Part shown: in pieces, positions 15,868 through 25,800 of the stretch
Position numbering within the stretch: the stretch's first letter is position 1
Layout: every line of letters begins with the position of its first letter
IMG/VR virus record: IMGVR_UViG_3300045988_115306
Location: 1-37,344 of that record
Reading direction: 5' to 3' (one strand)
From: a virus
DNA: 37,344 nt
The notes under the pieces: generated by a model
What the model was told of the DNA's origin: nothing
Database searches by the model: none
What the model saw: the letters and a program-made list of their open reading frames with translations, nothing else
Translations under genes and position numbers: made by a program

Positions 15868-17253
15868 ATGGCAATAATTAATAAAAACCCTCGATTAGAG
15901 GAGTATGAGCTGTTACATGACGCCTATTATGGTAGCGGCATGTTCGCTACTGGGGCGGCGATTACGGAACACGCTCGAGAGAGTACGCAGTCAATCACTT
16001 TTAGACGTAAGATAGCTTACTACTTAAATTACACAGGGCCTATTTTGAACGCCTCTGTAGATCCAATCTTTAAGGACGAAATCAAGCGAGAATACGGCAA
16101 ATCTGTATTATTTGATGAGTTCATTAATGATGTAGACCGTCAAGGCACATCGTTACAGGAATTTATTGAACAAAATGCTATAGCTGCTAAGCTGTATGGC
16201 GTTTTGTATGTCGTAGTCGATAACGTGAGCGAGTTCGGCAGCTCTTTAGCTGAAACATTGGCCAATAGGTCTATGCCGTATTTAACAGCGGTTGAACCCA
16301 AAAACGTAGTGAATTATGAGTTCGACGATAACGGCAAGCTTAAACTGTTTACTTATGCAACGTATTTGAAGAACGCTGACGGCACAATCAAAGCACACTA
16401 CCATACATGGACGCCTAAAGAGTGGAAAATCACCGATAGTGATAACAAAGTAATAGGGCAAGGCGAGCATAACATCGGCCGTATTCCTGTGGTTCAGTGG
16501 TTTGGCAGGGCAGCACGTAAACGTGATATTCTTCCACCGCCTGAGTATTTGAGTATCGCTAAGACGAATGCTCACGTATATAACCTATGCTCTCTACTCT
16601 CTCAGATTCTTTACAATCAGACATTCTCGATCTTGACTATGCCAATGAACAATAACGGCTTACAAGATATAACTATTGGCACAGATAATTTATTAGGTTA
16701 TCCTGCAGAGTCAAATAAAGCCCCGAGCTATATTGCACCAGATACAGGCCCAGCCGAGGTGCTTATGGCTCAAATTGATAAGCTCATCAATGAAATGTAT
16801 CGCATGAGTGGTATTGATAGCGTTATCGGCGTGCAGCAGGCAAAGAGCGGCGTAGCTAAACAATGGGATTTCGAGCGTACCAATCAAAATCTCGCAGCCT
16901 TTGCAGTCCGTTGTGAAAATGCAGAATATGACATTATCGCTCTCTATAAACTATGGAGCGGCGATAATTTGGAGTATTTTTGCGAGTATCCAAAAGATTT
17001 CAAGGTAAATGATGTTACTGAAAGCCTTACACAGGCACAACAAGCCAAAGATCTCGAATTTGAGTCAGACACTTTCGACAGTGAAATCTTAAAGAAAGTA
17101 ATTGACGCTTACATGCCTAATTTGGAAAAGGAAACTAAAGACGCAATCGTTAAAGAGGCGCAGGCGGCGGCAGATACTAAAGCCCAAGACCAAACCTATG
17201 ACGATGATGATCTAAACGGTGGCGATAATGACACAGACGAGCCAAACGCTTGA
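15868..17253 (+). CDS. Portal protein
   Basis: 461 aa, directly after terL, with a very acidic C-terminus. The call rests on position and size. Confidence 0.7.
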   Translation: MAIINKNPRLEEYELLHDAYYGSGMFATGAAITEHARESTQSITFRRKIAYYLNYTGPILNASVDPIFKDEIKREYGKSVLFDEFINDVDRQGTSLQEFIEQNAIAAKLYGVLYVVVDNVSEFGSSLAETLANRSMPYLTAVEPKNVVNYEFDDNGKLKLFTYATYLKNADGTIKAHYHTWTPKEWKITDSDNKVIGQGEHNIGRIPVVQWFGRAARKRDILPPPEYLSIAKTNAHVYNLCSLLSQILYNQTFSILTMPMNNNGLQDITIGTDNLLGYPAESNKAPSYIAPDTGPAEVLMAQIDKLINEMYRMSGIDSVIGVQQAKSGVAKQWDFERTNQNLAAFAVRCENAEYDIIALYKLWSGDNLEYFCEYPKDFKVNDVTESLTQAQQAKDLEFESDTFDSEILKKVIDAYMPNLEKETKDAIVKEAQAAADTKAQDQTYDDDDLNGGDNDTDEPNA

Positions 17254-18364
17254 TACTATCCTCGAGCAATTTGAAAAAATGGTGCGTGAGTTAGTAATGC
17301 TTGGATATTCAGCCGATAAGGCCGTTCAAATCGCCTATAAGACGTATCCTATTATGGAAATGCTAGAGGCCCCTCTTACGGCTGATATGGTGGAGAATTT
17401 CAATAAAGCCTATCATAGTGTACTTACGCCGCTATCGGTGGCAGGTCATAGGCCTTTTAATTACACGACTCAATCAATCAGCGAGGCTATGCAAGCGGCT
17501 TGGGCGAGCGACGGCTTAAAGTTATCTAAACGGCTACATAAAAACGCTCATAAAGTACGACGAGAAACGACGGCGGTTATCTCGCAGTCGCTAAAGCGTG
17601 GCAAAAGCATTCGTGAGATAGCTCGCTCTATATTCGAGGGGTACGGCAAAGGTGGCATTATTGATACAGATAAGCTCCCTAAACATATAGAACGAATACG
17701 AGCATTGAAACCGCCTCAATCTCTTAGTAAAGAGGAACTCGCAAGGTTTAAGCGAACTATTAGACGCACAGAGCGGCTAGTACAGCAGAATACAACGCCA
17801 AGCCTACGAGCGGCCTATTCGGAGCTTATAAAAGCCGTAGATGAGGGCAACGCTATTGACCTTTCTCGAGCTGTTAGCGTGGCTGTGCAAGAAAAAGCAC
17901 GATACAACGCCGAGAGGATAGCTCGCACGGAATCGGCTAGGGCTTACGCTGACGGCCAGATGAACCGATATGCTCACGATGATGATGTTGTAGCTTTGAA
18001 ATGGACATTATCCAGCAGGCACCCTCGCTATGATATATGCGACTTTTACGCCAACGCCGATTTATACGGCTTGGGTAAGGGTGTTTATCCAAAGGACAAA
18101 TTCCCTAAGCTGCCTGCTCACCCTCATTGCATGTGTAGAATATCGCCTGTATATGATTTTGAAGTCGATATTACCAAAGCAAAAGACAATACAAACGAGG
18201 GCGGCATGAGGTACATTAATTCGATTAGTAAGGATCATCAAGAGAAATTGCTCGGCATTAGCGGCCTCAAAGATGTAACAACTGGCAAAGCTAACTGGAA
18301 AGACCACGTAAAGGGCTGGAATGGGGAAACATTCGAGCCTAGAACACCAAAAAAAAATACATAA
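17228..18364 (+). CDS. Head morphogenesis / minor capsid protein (Phage Mu F, SPP1 gp7-like)
   Basis: Contains ARTESARAYADGQ...PAHPHCMCRISPVY. ATG 17228 lies 5 nt after GGTGG. Confidence 0.8.
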   Translation: MTQTSQTLDTILEQFEKMVRELVMLGYSADKAVQIAYKTYPIMEMLEAPLTADMVENFNKAYHSVLTPLSVAGHRPFNYTTQSISEAMQAAWASDGLKLSKRLHKNAHKVRRETTAVISQSLKRGKSIREIARSIFEGYGKGGIIDTDKLPKHIERIRALKPPQSLSKEELARFKRTIRRTERLVQQNTTPSLRAAYSELIKAVDEGNAIDLSRAVSVAVQEKARYNAERIARTESARAYADGQMNRYAHDDDVVALKWTLSSRHPRYDICDFYANADLYGLGKGVYPKDKFPKLPAHPHCMCRISPVYDFEVDITKAKDNTNEGGMRYINSISKDHQEKLLGISGLKDVTTGKANWKDHVKGWNGETFEPRTPKKNT

Positions 18365-18376
18365 TTTAGACCTACA

Positions 18377-18410
18377 GGCCTATGCAAGTGAATGCATGGG
18401 CCTTTTATAT
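18377..18410 (+). terminator. Intrinsic terminator after the MuF-like gene
   Basis: GGCCTATGCA pairs with TGCATGGGCC (10 bp including one G-T pair), with a 6-nt loop and then TTTTATATT. Confidence 0.7.
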
Positions 18411-18469
18411 TGCCATTAATTAGGGGAGCCGAAAGGTGGCAAATTTCATGACGAAAAGGAGAAAGACTC

Positions 18470-19087
18470 ATGACTTTAGCAGAATTGTACGCAAAACTTG
18501 AAAAACTCGAAGGGGGCAAAGACCTCGTGGCAGGCTTTAAAGGCGAAATCTCTCGCATTAATGAGGTAGCCAAAGCCGACAGACTCAAATTCGAGAAACA
18601 GATTACCGAATTAACTACAGCACGTGATGAGTTAAAAGGCAAGGTTGACGAATACGAGGCTCACAAAGGCGAAAAAAGCCCAGAAATCTTGGCTCTTGAA
18701 AAGCAAATCAAAGGCCTTACAGATAAGTATGAGCAATCTGAGAAAGCTCGCCAAGCAGAGATCGAGAAACGTACTAATTCCGAAATCAGCGCTCAAACAA
18801 TCGCAGCGCTAACAAAAGCTAATTGTACAGACGCCGAAACATTCAGCAAGCTCATTGCTGGGCAGATTTCCGTACAACAAGACGGCTCTTATGGCTGGAC
18901 TAAGGACGACGGCACAATCGGCACTATCGAAGAATGCGCAACGGCATTTCTTGCTGATAAGCCTTACGCCGTTAAAACTGCACAAAACGGCGGCAGCGGT
19001 GCAGGCGCTGGCAATGCTAATGACGGAAATAGTCAATTAGCAGAAATGTACAAAATCGCAGGCATTAAACCGCCTAGCGAGGGTTAA
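18470..19087 (+). CDS. Scaffolding protein
   Basis: 205 aa, coiled-coil-like and rich in K/E. Directly upstream of the major capsid gene. Confidence 0.65.
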   Translation: MTLAELYAKLEKLEGGKDLVAGFKGEISRINEVAKADRLKFEKQITELTTARDELKGKVDEYEAHKGEKSPEILALEKQIKGLTDKYEQSEKARQAEIEKRTNSEISAQTIAALTKANCTDAETFSKLIAGQISVQQDGSYGWTKDDGTIGTIEECATAFLADKPYAVKTAQNGGSGAGAGNANDGNSQLAEMYKIAGIKPPSEG

Positions 19088-19116
19088 TTTTTAATGACGA
19101 AACGAGGTAATAATCA

Positions 19117-20037
19117 ATGGCAATTAATACATTGCAAATGGCGCAAAATTTCCAAACAGTACTCGACCAACAAATGCTCGTAGGTGCTACATCTGGCTTT
19201 ATGGAGGCCAACGCTGGCGACGTTGTATATAACGGCGGCGATACTGTTAAAATTCCTACTCTTTCCGTTGACGGCTTGGCGAACTATGATCGTGATAACG
19301 GATACAACCGAGGCTCTGTATCTTTGACATTCAAAGATTTCAAACTTACCCAAGACCGTGGCCGTAAATTCTCTCTTGACTCTATGGACGTCAACGAAAC
19401 AAACTTCTTGGCGACAGCGACAAATGTTATGACTACGTTCCAAAAGGAGCAGGTAATCCCGGAAGTGGATTCCTACCGCTACTCTAAAGTAGCTGCATAC
19501 GCTAAACAAGAAAACCGCAAAACAGACACTTTCACGCCAGACGATACTAACATTGTTAAACAGCTTAACAAAGAAATCATGGAAATTGAGGATTTAATCG
19601 GTGAAACTGGCGATTTGGTAATCGTAATGAGCGCACGAGTTCAAGGTATTTTGAACGAGGCGGCAGGTGCTAAAGGCATGCTCAATGTAGCCAACTTTAC
19701 GCAAGGCCAATACAATACTCGTGTTCGCACTTATAATGAAATTCCTATCATTGGCGTATCTAGCGCACGCTTAAAATCTCAATACGTGTTTAACGACGGC
19801 AAAACTAGCGGCCAAGAAAAAGGCGGCTTTAAAGCTGATACAGGCGCTAAAGCTATTAACTGGCTTATCATGAGCCGTAAAGCTGCTATTGCTGTATCTA
19901 AAACAGACAAAATGCGTATCTTTGATCCAACAATTAACCAACAAGCTGACGCATGGGCGATTGATTATCGCAAATTCCATGATGTATGGGTTCCTAAGAA
20001 CCGCTTAGCGTCCTTGTGGGTAAACTTTGGCGCATAA
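19117..20037 (+). CDS. Major capsid protein
   Basis: 306 aa. Positioned after the scaffold gene and has a strong SD. The call rests on position and composition. Confidence 0.75.
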   Translation: MAINTLQMAQNFQTVLDQQMLVGATSGFMEANAGDVVYNGGDTVKIPTLSVDGLANYDRDNGYNRGSVSLTFKDFKLTQDRGRKFSLDSMDVNETNFLATATNVMTTFQKEQVIPEVDSYRYSKVAAYAKQENRKTDTFTPDDTNIVKQLNKEIMEIEDLIGETGDLVIVMSARVQGILNEAAGAKGMLNVANFTQGQYNTRVRTYNEIPIIGVSSARLKSQYVFNDGKTSGQEKGGFKADTGAKAINWLIMSRKAAIAVSKTDKMRIFDPTINQQADAWAIDYRKFHDVWVPKNRLASLWVNFGA

Positions 20038-20050
20038 TTAGGGGGTAACT

Positions 20051-20266
20051 ATGGGTAAATACAGAGTAATTCGTATGAATGAGGTTCGATACACGGACGA
20101 TGAAAGCACTCTCGAGCTATGGCTTGATGATGGCTTTGTATTAGAACCAGAATTTGACCCAGACACAGAGCCGACAGACGGCGAGGACGGTGTAGGCGAT
20201 GAAAACCCAGACACAGAGCCGACAGACGGCGAGGGTAAGAAAGCTACAAAGTCCAGTAAAAAATAA
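20051..20266 (+). CDS. Small acidic protein with an internal 30-nt perfect direct repeat
   Basis: DPDTEPTDGE occurs twice. The DNA repeat copies are 20157-20186 and 20205-20234. Confidence 0.6.
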   Translation: MGKYRVIRMNEVRYTDDESTLELWLDDGFVLEPEFDPDTEPTDGEDGVGDENPDTEPTDGEGKKATKSSKK

Positions 20267-20268
20267 TC

Positions 20269-20736
20269 ATGAACGCTAGAGAGGTGTTTGAAAAACGCCT
20301 ACGACAAGCTATAAGAGCCAGCGCTCGAGAGGTACAGGAAGAGGCACAACGCACTCATCGCTTTACCTCTCGCAGCGGCCAGCTTGAAAAGGCTATCGAC
20401 GTGCGTATGATTGGCGATAAAACAGCAGAGGTATATATCGACAATAACCTCGCACCTTATGGGCTTTTCGTCCATGAGGGAACACGAGCGCATTATATTT
20501 TTCCAAAAGAAAAGCAGTCCTTGCGCTGGGTTCCTGCTGGCGGCAATGGGTTTGTGTTTGCTAAACGTGTTTTTCATCGAGGCACGCAGCCAGACCAATT
20601 CTTATATGAGGCTCTCGACAATAGCCGTGAGGCTGTTCATGATATATTCTCGAAAGCTGTCAATGTATCGCTTGGCGAGATCGCTCGAAATGTAGAGTTA
20701 GGCGTCAAGCGAACAGAGCTACATATCAAACTGTAA
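20269..20736 (+). CDS. HK97 gp10-family head-tail component
   Basis: Contains ..LAPYGLFVHEGTRAHYIFPK... in the head-tail module. Confidence 0.65.
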   Translation: MNAREVFEKRLRQAIRASAREVQEEAQRTHRFTSRSGQLEKAIDVRMIGDKTAEVYIDNNLAPYGLFVHEGTRAHYIFPKEKQSLRWVPAGGNGFVFAKRVFHRGTQPDQFLYEALDNSREAVHDIFSKAVNVSLGEIARNVELGVKRTELHIKL

Positions 20737-20748
20737 GGGGTTACAGAA

Positions 20749-21132
20749 ATGTTATACAAATTTCAAGATATGATATTCGATGATGAGCTACTAGGCCCTA
20801 ATGTACTAGAAAGCACTTTGAAGAAAGCCGAAAATTGGCTATATGTATTGGCTAAAAAGTTAGGTGTGCAAGAGAGCGATGTAATTCGCTCTTTTGTTGT
20901 AGATGAACTCGTAACATTGTATTGCTACCGAGAAACCTGCTCCAATAAAGCCGCCTCATTAACTGGGCAATACAGCAGAAACGGCCAAGATGATGATTAC
21001 TATTCTAAAAAGTTGAAGTATATCAACAATAGAATAGCGGTTTTAGAAAACCAAATCACAGCGGAACAGCTCACAGGGCAGCCGTCCAAGTATGCAGGGT
21101 ATAGAAGTATTCCTCTATATCGAGGTGGCTAA
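20749..21132 (+). CDS. Head-tail connector/adaptor-like protein
   Basis: 127-aa ORF between the head and tail genes. The call is positional. Confidence 0.45.
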   Translation: MLYKFQDMIFDDELLGPNVLESTLKKAENWLYVLAKKLGVQESDVIRSFVVDELVTLYCYRETCSNKAASLTGQYSRNGQDDDYYSKKLKYINNRIAVLENQITAEQLTGQPSKYAGYRSIPLYRGG

Positions 21133-21133
21133 T

Positions 21134-21616
21134 ATGTGGCTTGAATTATTGAATAAAATTAAATACGCAATCGAGAAAGCTGGGTTTGACGGACAAGTCA
21201 AACTCGGCTTTTTAGCGCCTCAAACAGCTGGGGTAGACTCGCTCGGAATGGTAATGCTAGGCCGAGGTGAGGCAACGCCTGCCGATGAGAATGTGCACAA
21301 TATGCTCAAACAAGAGTTTTACATCGAGGTATGGACTAAATCAGATAGCCATGAGTTCGATGTAGCTTATGAGCAAATAGCAGATCTTGAAAGCAAGATA
21401 GAGGAAATCATCATTGCCTTTCGTGAGTTGTGCGGTGCACTTAATGAGGAATATTGCGTATTACAAGAAAGCGGCTATCAGATTATTGATATTCGCTGCA
21501 CAAATAAAACAGATGATCACGACAGTATGAGGCCGTTTATCGGTACTCAATACCGATTTGAGGCTAAGCTGTATGACCTAAACAATAATCTAAATACTAA
21601 AGGGGGTATTTATTAA
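21134..21616 (+). CDS. Tail terminator-like / head-tail joining protein
   Basis: ATG 21134 lies after GAGGTGG. The gene sits immediately before the major tail gene. The 5' extension to 21092 was rejected. Confidence 0.45.
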   Translation: MWLELLNKIKYAIEKAGFDGQVKLGFLAPQTAGVDSLGMVMLGRGEATPADENVHNMLKQEFYIEVWTKSDSHEFDVAYEQIADLESKIEEIIIAFRELCGALNEEYCVLQESGYQIIDIRCTNKTDDHDSMRPFIGTQYRFEAKLYDLNNNLNTKGGIY

Positions 21617-22077
21617 TGGCTGAATTGTACAAACCAGCGGCGGTGGATATGCCAACCGCAGGCAAAAACTACCTATTATATTTGAATATCGGCACAAACG
21701 ATAAAGCAGGCGCTAAATGGTTACTATTAGGCGGTCAACGCTCTGGCGACTTATCTCGTAAGGCTGACTCTATCGACGCCTCTCATAAGGGCTCTGGCGG
21801 TTGGAAATCTACTATTGCAGGCCTTAAAGAATGGAGCTTTGCGCTTGAAACATTGCTTATGCCTAAAGAGGAAAGTCTTACCTTGCTAGAAAAAGCTTTC
21901 TTGAATGGCGACAATGTCATGATCAAGTTTGAATATCCAGACAAAACATTCTTCACTGGCATTGCAAGCGTAACAGAGCTTTCTATCTCTACACCACACG
22001 ACGGCGTGGCGACTTATAAAGGCTCTTTAAATGGCGTAGGCCCTCTCTCCGAATTGCAACCTGCGCCAGTAGGCTAA
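21616..22077 (+). CDS. Major tail protein (TP901-1 / Phage_tail_2-like)
   Basis: Contains GKNYLLYLNIG...WLLLGGQRSGDLSRKADSIDASHKGSGGWKSTIAGLKEWS. Positioned before the chaperone pair. Confidence 0.75.
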   Translation: MAELYKPAAVDMPTAGKNYLLYLNIGTNDKAGAKWLLLGGQRSGDLSRKADSIDASHKGSGGWKSTIAGLKEWSFALETLLMPKEESLTLLEKAFLNGDNVMIKFEYPDKTFFTGIASVTELSISTPHDGVATYKGSLNGVGPLSELQPAPVG

Positions 22078-22137
22078 TAGGTAGCCTTATATACCTGTAA
22101 TTTTCCTAAATTAGCGCTAAAATAGGGAGTTTTAACT

Positions 22138-22527
22138 ATGAAAAAAGTAAATTGTGATTTTTTTAAAAATGGCGAATATTTAATGTTCAATATGCAGCGC
22201 CTCATGGAGTTTGAGGCTGCTGTAGGGCAACCTATTGGGGAGCTCTTACAAATGAGCATTTGGCCAATCAATAGCATTATCACAGGTTATGCCATTGGTA
22301 TGAAACAGCATAAACGCAACGCACAACAATATTATGAATTGTTTGACGAGCTACTTGCTGATGAAACCAAAGACATGAGCCTCTTATCATTACAAGCGCC
22401 ACTTATGCAAGCGATCATTGCAAGTGGTGCTTTGGGTTCCAAAATGTACTATCAAATGTACCCAAACGAACTCACGCCAGATGATAAGTTAGCTATCGAA
22501 AACGAGGCCGAACAAGCAAAAAACTAG
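22138..22527 (+). CDS. Tail assembly chaperone (G-like)
   Basis: Lies between the major tail and tape measure genes. Ends at a slippery heptamer. Confidence 0.75.
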   Translation: MKKVNCDFFKNGEYLMFNMQRLMEFEAAVGQPIGELLQMSIWPINSIITGYAIGMKQHKRNAQQYYELFDELLADETKDMSLLSLQAPLMQAIIASGALGSKMYYQMYPNELTPDDKLAIENEAEQAKN

Positions 22528-22558
22528 AGGGGGGCCAAAGCGCCCCCTCTTTTTCTTT
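22518..22558 (+). promoter_or_regulatory. Programmed -1 frameshift signal: heptamer A_AAA_AAC plus a GC-rich hairpin (22526-22550) and a T tract
   Basis: The heptamer is in the correct zero frame (GCA AAA AAC TAG). The stem is AGAGGGGG/CCCCCTCT (8 bp) followed by TTTTTCTTT, so it could also act as an intrinsic terminator. Confidence 0.7.
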
Positions 22559-22853
22559 ATGGGTACGAAACGCCGAAGATATTGCGTATAGCGTGTTGGA
22601 GCTAAAGCCGTGGGAGTTTATGCGGCTACAGCCTATGGAGTATAGAAAGCTAGTCAGAGGGTATGAACGTAGGCAAAAGCTACAGGATACAAACCGAGCT
22701 TTCTGGGTTGCTAATATCATGAACACGCAGCTAGCCGAGCCAATCGAACCTAAGAAATTTATTGACATTCTATATCCGCCTACAGAGGCCGAAAAACGGC
22801 AAGCAGAGGCGGACTTTATCCGTGAATTTAGAGAGGCAGGGGGTGAGATATAG
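22524..22853 (+). CDS. Tail assembly chaperone -1 frameshift extension (T-like, GTA g10.1/DUF2376-like)
   Basis: The -1 frame is open from 22488. It contains LKPWEFMRLQPMEYRKLVRG, has no convincing SD or start of its own, and is reached from A AAA AAC at 22518-22524. Confidence 0.7.
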   Translation, partial: LEGGQSAPSFSLWVRNAEDIAYSVLELKPWEFMRLQPMEYRKLVRGYERRQKLQDTNRAFWVANIMNTQLAEPIEPKKFIDILYPPTEAEKRQAEADFIREFREAGGEI

Positions 22854-22856
22854 AAA

Positions 22857-25800
22857 ATGGCAGATAGCAATATTAATGTTCGCATTAGCGCTGATAGTTC
22901 AGAGGCTACGGCGGCCGTCAATAAGGTTGCCAATACGATAAGCTCTGAACTACCCAAAAGCGTGGCAGAGGCGAGTAATAAAGTAGCCAAAGAGGCTGCT
23001 GGCATTCGTGCAGAAATAAAGTCTATTGTTGCTCAAATGAATAAGGGCTTGCAATTCGCTGGCGCTGTTACTGGCATAGGTCTAGTGGCTGACAAAATCA
23101 AAGATGTGGCAGTTGCAGCTACACAAACAGCCGACGAATTAACAAGCATTCGATCTCGAATTAACCTTATTAATGACGGATCACAAACTACCGCCGAGAT
23201 CATGGACAAAATATATGGCGCAGCCAATCGCTCAAGAGGTAGCTATATAGACATGGCTGATAGCGTGGCAAAGCTCAATATGCTAGCAAAAGACGCTTTC
23301 AGCTCGAATGATGAGGCAATCGCCTTTGTGGAACAGCTGAATAAGCAATTTAAAATCTCGGGTGCTAGCGTGCAAGAGGCAAGCGCTGCGATGTACCAAC
23401 TTACCCAAGCTATGGCGGCAGGGAAATTGCAGGGCGATGAGTTCCGTTCCATTATGGAGAATGCTCCGCTCTTAGCTCAATCTATTGCCAATGAAATGGG
23501 GTTATCCGTTGGACAATTAAAAGAAATGAGTTCGCAAGGCCTCATTACAGCCGACATAATCAAGAATGCACTACTCGGCAGCGCAGAGGAAACAAACGAG
23601 AAATTCGCCGAAATTCCTATGACATTCGCCGAGGTAGGCCAATCTATTCAAAACCAATTAATACAAGCCTTTCAGCCTGTACTTGAACAGATTTCTACTA
23701 TTCCACAAAGTGGCGAGTTCCAAGCGTTAAGCGAGGGCGTAGGTGTGGCAATCAGAGGCATGGCGGCAACAGCACAAGGCTCTATAGGCTTAATTAGTGC
23801 AGCTTTTGCAGGCTTACGAATTGCTATATCGACGATCACGCAGACCGTAAGGAGCTTTGGCTCATTGTTTATTACTACTATGCCGAGAGTATCGGCAGCC
23901 ATATTGGCTGTAGTGGTAGCATTTACCACTTACAGGGCAGCAGTTGCCTTATGTAATGCACAAACGGCAGCCCTTACCGTCAAAGTTGTGGCGTATAGAG
24001 TGGCAGAGGTAGCCTCGGCTACAGCCACGAAAGTACATGCGGCAGCTATGGTGGTATTAAGAGCTGCAATGGCAGGAACAGCAACAGTATCGGCGCTATT
24101 AACGGCTGTACTGGCTGGCGTAAGAGGCGCTTATCTTGCTGTTCGCAGTGGCGCATTAGCAGCAGCAGCGGCGCAGAGGGTTGTTAATCTCGTAATGAAA
24201 GCTAACCCTGTAGGGTTATTGATTTCTGTACTTGTAACATTGGTTACAGTATTTGCTACAGCGGCAGCCGCTGGCAACGGCTTTGGTAGCACTTTAAGCT
24301 CGGTATTCTCAACAATCGTTCATACTGCAGTTTGGGGCGTGAATAAGATCATTGAGGCCTTGAACTGGTTAATAGCCAAACTCAATAGCGTAGGTGATAA
24401 GGTAGCTAAATTTTTTGGCGGTACTTTCACAGCTATAGCGCAGGTAGACACTATCAGCGCCGACACAGCGCAAGACATTGTAAATACTGCTGGCGATATG
24501 GCCTCGCAAGTATTTAACGGTTTATCTGGCGGCGGTGATACTGGCCTCGATGTTGGCGGTGGCGGCGGTGGAGATTACGACACTAGCGGCGGCAAAGGTA
24601 AAAAAGGCAAAGGTGGCGGCGGAAAAGGTAGCAAAGGCAAAGACCTCGAAAAAGAGGCTAAGCAGATACATGAAAAGATCTTGCAATCATACCTTGAAAT
24701 GCTCGGCAACAAGCAAGAGCTACTCGAATTAGAGTACAAGAAAGAGCTTGATGAGCTTGAAAAATCAAAGGCAGCTAATGCTAACTATCAAAAAGACCTC
24801 GAGTTATTGAACGCCGTATATGCTGAGAAACGCATTAAAGCTAAACAAGAGGAAATGACAAAGCTGCGAGAAATCGAGAATAACATTCGTGATATGCGAA
24901 AAGATCTTGAGTTAAATCTAGCAGTCAAAGATAGTACAGGCCAAGCCTCGCCTATGGTTCAATTCACAAAAGAATACACCGACGCAATCGACGCTATTGG
25001 CGATAAATGGGATAAATACGCCGATGATTTCGTTCAAATGGATAAAATGCAGCAACAGCATTTCATAGATACCTTGAAAGAGCGAGGTATTAAATTTGAA
25101 GAAGTCGAGGACGGACGTATCACATTTGAGCGCCAAAAGACTGAGGAATTGCTCGCAGTTCATCGAGATTATAGCGATAAATACCTAGAGTTACAGCGCA
25201 CAATGGCCGAGGAAAAATGGAACATTGACGAGGCTATGCGCACACAGGACTTTGAGGCGTTGCAGTCGGCGCTTGACGCTGAATATGTGGCGACGCAACA
25301 AAGCTACGAACTACGCAAGGAGCTTTTAAACGAGTATCAACAGGCCGTAATGGATAGCCACTGGAACGGACAAGAGGCTATTTGGGAGAGTGCAAGCGCT
25401 GGCATTGATAAGTTGCAAGAGGGCATTTCTGGACTCTTACAAGGCACAATGAGCATTACGCAGGCTTTCCAAAATATGGGGAAGGCTATTTTAAAAACCA
25501 TTAGCGATAGCGTGGCTCAATGGATCGCAGCACAAGTAAAGCAAGCTGTGCTAGGTAAAATGCTACAATCGCAACAAACAGCGGCAAGCGTGGCAGCGGC
25601 ACAAGCTCAATTACCTGCATGGAGCTCACTCGCTCAACAAGTATCTATGGCGACATTCGGCGCAAGTGCGGCGGCTGGTTTAGCGGCTTGGAGTAGCAGC
25701 ACAGCGGCAGGCGTAGCACAAGCAACAGCACTCGGCGCAGTTGGCAACTTTGGCGGCAGCTTTGGGGTTGCATTCAACGCTAACAGTATGCCAAAACTAG

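Noticed and set aside
20029-20045. Shared 16-mer GCATAATTAGGGGGTA at the capsid/next-gene junction and at 32005-32020, and the general use of AGGGGG instead of AGGAGG as the SD.
   Set aside because: This is most simply a stop codon plus the preferred SD variant of this genome (GGGGG can pair with CCUCC through a G-U pair). It is not enough to propose a separate element.
22493-23005. Long minus-strand ORFs antisense to late genes: 22493-23005, 15341-15874, 26553-26969, 30852-31193, 18238-18642 and 19114-19509.
   Set aside because: All lie inside well-supported plus-strand structural genes and lack SD-plus-start contexts. Their products are low-complexity or Cys/Ser-rich, as expected for antisense frames of biased coding sequence.
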